Origin: Okamejei kenojei
Lineage: Eukaryota
Reading direction: 5' to 3'
Assembly (NCBI GenBank): GCA_035221665.1
Contig: CM069149.1
Coordinates: 9,796,001-9,860,000 of the forward strand
DNA: 64,000 nucleotides
Shown: one piece after another, positions 61,712-64,000 of the stretch
Layout: each line of letters opens with the position of its first letter
Numbering within the stretch: the first letter of the stretch is position 1
Position numbers and translations under genes: made by a program
The notes under the pieces: model-generated
What the model was told of the DNA's origin: nothing
What the model saw: only the letters and a program-made list of their open reading frames with translations
Database searches by the model: none

Positions 61712-62346
61712 TGTGTAGGGGAAACTGCAGATGCTGATTCACACCGAAGATACAAAATGCTGGAGTAATTCAGCGGGTCAGGCAGCATCTCTGGACAAAA
61801 GTAAAACGGACCTTTCTTCAGACTGAGAGTCAGGGGAGTGGGAAACTGGAGAGGTACAAAAAACAAATGAATGTAAGGTATGCAATTGGACAAATCAAAG
61901 CCAGCAATGATGATCTAGGAAAGGTGGAGCCCACAATGGTTCATTGTTGGCTGTGGAGAAGGTGATAACGGGTGACGCTAACAAGTGAAACTGTGAAACT
62001 AAGTGGTACAACAGAGAAACTAGTAGGATGACTAGGGTGGGGAGGGACGGAGAGACAGGGAATGCAAGGGTTACTTGAGGTTAGAGAAATTAATCTTCAT
62101 ACTGGTGGGTTGTAAGCAGCCCAAGCAAAATATGAGATGCTGGTCCTCCAATCTGTGTTTGGCCTCACTCTGACAGTGGAGGAGGCCCAGGACAGAAAGG
62201 TCAGTAAGGGAATGGGAAGGGAAAGTGTTTGGGAACCGGGAGATCGCGTAGGCCAAGGTGAACTGAGCGAAGGTGTTCAGTGAAATGATCGTCCAGTCTA
62301 CACTTGATCTCGCTTATATATACATCCACATCTAGAACAGCGGATA
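61712..62346 (-). mobile_element. Penelope-like element 3' region: GIY-YIG C-terminus plus terminal (pLTR) sequence
   Basis: Minus strand translates IRCSRCGCIYISEIKCRLDDHFTEHLRSV...DLSVLGLLHCQSEAKHRLEDQHLIFCLGCLQP. It continues into the ctgaaga.../agatgctgcctgacccgctga repeat found dispersed across the window. Confidence 0.9.
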
Positions 62347-62356
62347 ACTTCAAACA

Positions 62357-62604
62357 CTATACCCCCTCCCTTGACTTTGTTCAGGGACCCCGACAGTCCT
62401 TTCAGGCAACGGTTTACTTGCACCCCCTACAACCTGATCTACTACAGTATATCCACTGTTGGTGTGGACTCCTCTTTATCGGCGAGACCAGGCGCAGACC
62501 GGGCGATCGTTTCGCTGAACACCTGCACTCAGTCCACCTTGGCCTACGCGATCTGCTGGTTGCCAAGCACTTTAACTCCCGTTCCTATTCCCATACCCAT
62601 ACCT
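62357..62604 (+). mobile_element. Penelope-like GIY-YIG fragment, inverted relative to its neighbour
   Basis: QGPRQSF...FTCTPYNLIY...CGLLFIGETRRRPGDRFAEHLHSV...VAKHFNS. Confidence 0.88.
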
Positions 62605-62788
62605 GCCGTTCTGCCCTGGGCAGCTCCTTTGTATGGGTGGGGAATGTTGCCTTTGATCAACAAGTGCTTTCTCAGATGTAATAGTAAGGCATTAATAAAT
62701 CTCCTATAGGGGCGGGGATGGGGGTGGGAGGGAGGAGGGGGGGATAATGGACACAGTCCCTGACATGGAGTTTATCTCAGCCAAGGAT

Positions 62789-62921
62789 GTCTGAAGAAGA
62801 GTCTCGACCCGAAACGTCACCCATTCCTTCTCTCCAGAGATGCTACCAGTCCCGCTGAGTTACTCCAGCTTTTTGTGTCTATCTTTATTTTAAACCAGCA
62901 TCTGCTGTCCCTTCTTACACA
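62789..62921 (+). mobile_element. Penelope-derived short element with hammerhead core
   Basis: gtCTGAAGA-A-GAGTCTCGACCC-GAAAC-GTCac at 62789-62820, then the family body. Confidence 0.85.
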
Positions 62922-63505
62922 TGTTAATTCAACGTGTAGGCACATTATTCTGCCTGTGCCATTGTGTCAGGTGAAGTAAAGAAGAAAAACATAGAGCTCA
63001 GATCCAAGTGGGGTTCAGATTGGCTGCGTTTTACATTTTCTACCCAAGCAAAGCTCCAGCTGACAGGACAGAATAAAACAAGAAGTAATAGAAGAAGGGA
63101 AATTAAGGGAGTGAATTAGAGGAGCAGAAAATAGAGTGAAACAGGGAAACAACAGAAACTTTATTCTTAAAGTTGCCGTGCGAAATGGCACACATGATAG
63201 TGACCCCATTATTTGCAACTGCAACTGTGGTAAAACAATCAGGCTTCACTGTCACAGCCTTCCTCTGTCGTGTGGCGTGCACAGCCTAAAGTTGTAGGAC
63301 AACTTGTCTATTTGGTCTTCTGTTTGTGCACGTCAAGTTGATTGCATCAGTCGAAACAGGGCGGACCACGTGAAGGTTGCAATCTCCCACCCCGTCACAA
63401 CCTTGGAGAGGAGAGAAACCTCTGCGTTTGTGCATGTGTCGTTTAACATGGAAATCCAGACGTGGCTGTCAGGGATAATCCCGCTCTTCCACAGTTGCGT
63501 TGTTA

Positions 63506-63816
63506 AGCACCTGTCCCACTTTCCCGAGTTACTCACGAATTCTCCCGCGTTTTCCCCTTGATTCAAACTCAGGAGAATGTCAGTGGCGAGTCCGTAGGAG
63601 TCCGTAGCGAGTCCGTAGATATTTCGTAGCGGCTAGTAATGCCAGCCATAGGTACTCGGGGCATCAGGTGAGTCGGGACGTTTTTTCAGCATGTTGAAAA
63701 ATGTCCACGAGTAAAACAAATAGCCACGAGTACCTACGGCTGGCATCTCCGAGTTCGAATCACGGGGAAAACTCGGGAGAATTCGTGAGCAACTCGGGAA
63801 AGTGGGACAAGGCCTT
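63506..63816. mobile_element. Harbinger-type palindromic MITE
   Basis: tta|AGCACCTGTCCCACTTTCCCGAGTT...AACTCGGGAAAGTGGGACAAGGCCTT. Left part homologous to the 1335 copy. Confidence 0.85.
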
Positions 63817-64000
63817 TTCTGTCTTTTCTGCAATGTTTAGATAGTAAGAACCTATGGAAATGCTAAATCTCCTTGAATGAGGTGGAACTTAGACTTCAGT
63901 TCTGCGGAGTAGCTGCGCGGTGAAGCCCAACGGAACCTCGGCTGCGGCCCATGGAGCCTCGCGGGTCGGTGGGAGCCTCGGGGGTTGGGGGTTGATGTCG

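Noticed and set aside
1-64000. CRISPR arrays, rRNA, true tRNA genes or prokaryotic systems
   Set aside because: Eukaryotic intron-exon DNA. There are no regularly spaced repeat-spacer arrays, and the tRNA-like segments are SINE heads.

Overview
Vertebrate genomic DNA, most likely a cartilaginous fish (skate/ray-type repeats: HE1-like V-SINEs, CR1/HER1, Deu-SINE relics, Penelope-derived short repeats). It holds the 5' half of HMGA2 on the minus strand. The promoter/CpG-rich region lies at about 47-50.6 kb. Coding exons 1-3 (47967-47863, 46000-45914, 43266-43216) carry three AT-hooks with canonical phase-0 GT-AG junctions, followed by over 43 kb of intron 3; I did not find exons 4-5. The rest is transposon-rich: PIF/Harbinger-type MITEs, a dead Tc1, and Rex1/Babar, CR1, L2/Crack, L1, RTE, Hero and Penelope fragments. 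Most notable observations: (i) a family of short, TSD-flanked, often fold-back Penelope-derived elements carrying a minimal hammerhead-ribozyme core, including a local 3'-transduction (source ~26.5-26.9 kb, daughter 19.34-19.65 kb); (ii) a candidate in-frame 12-nt HMGA2 micro-exon (LGSQ) with a downstream RBFOX motif; (iii) an inferred ~10.9-kb intronic inversion shown by a Tc1 TIR split at single-base resolution; (iv) a ~2.6-kb tandem duplication with reciprocal filled and empty MITE sites; (v) an internally deleted Hero LINE with an in-frame N-/C-terminal fusion. Repeat boundaries were read by eye, and family names come from recognised motifs, not database searches.
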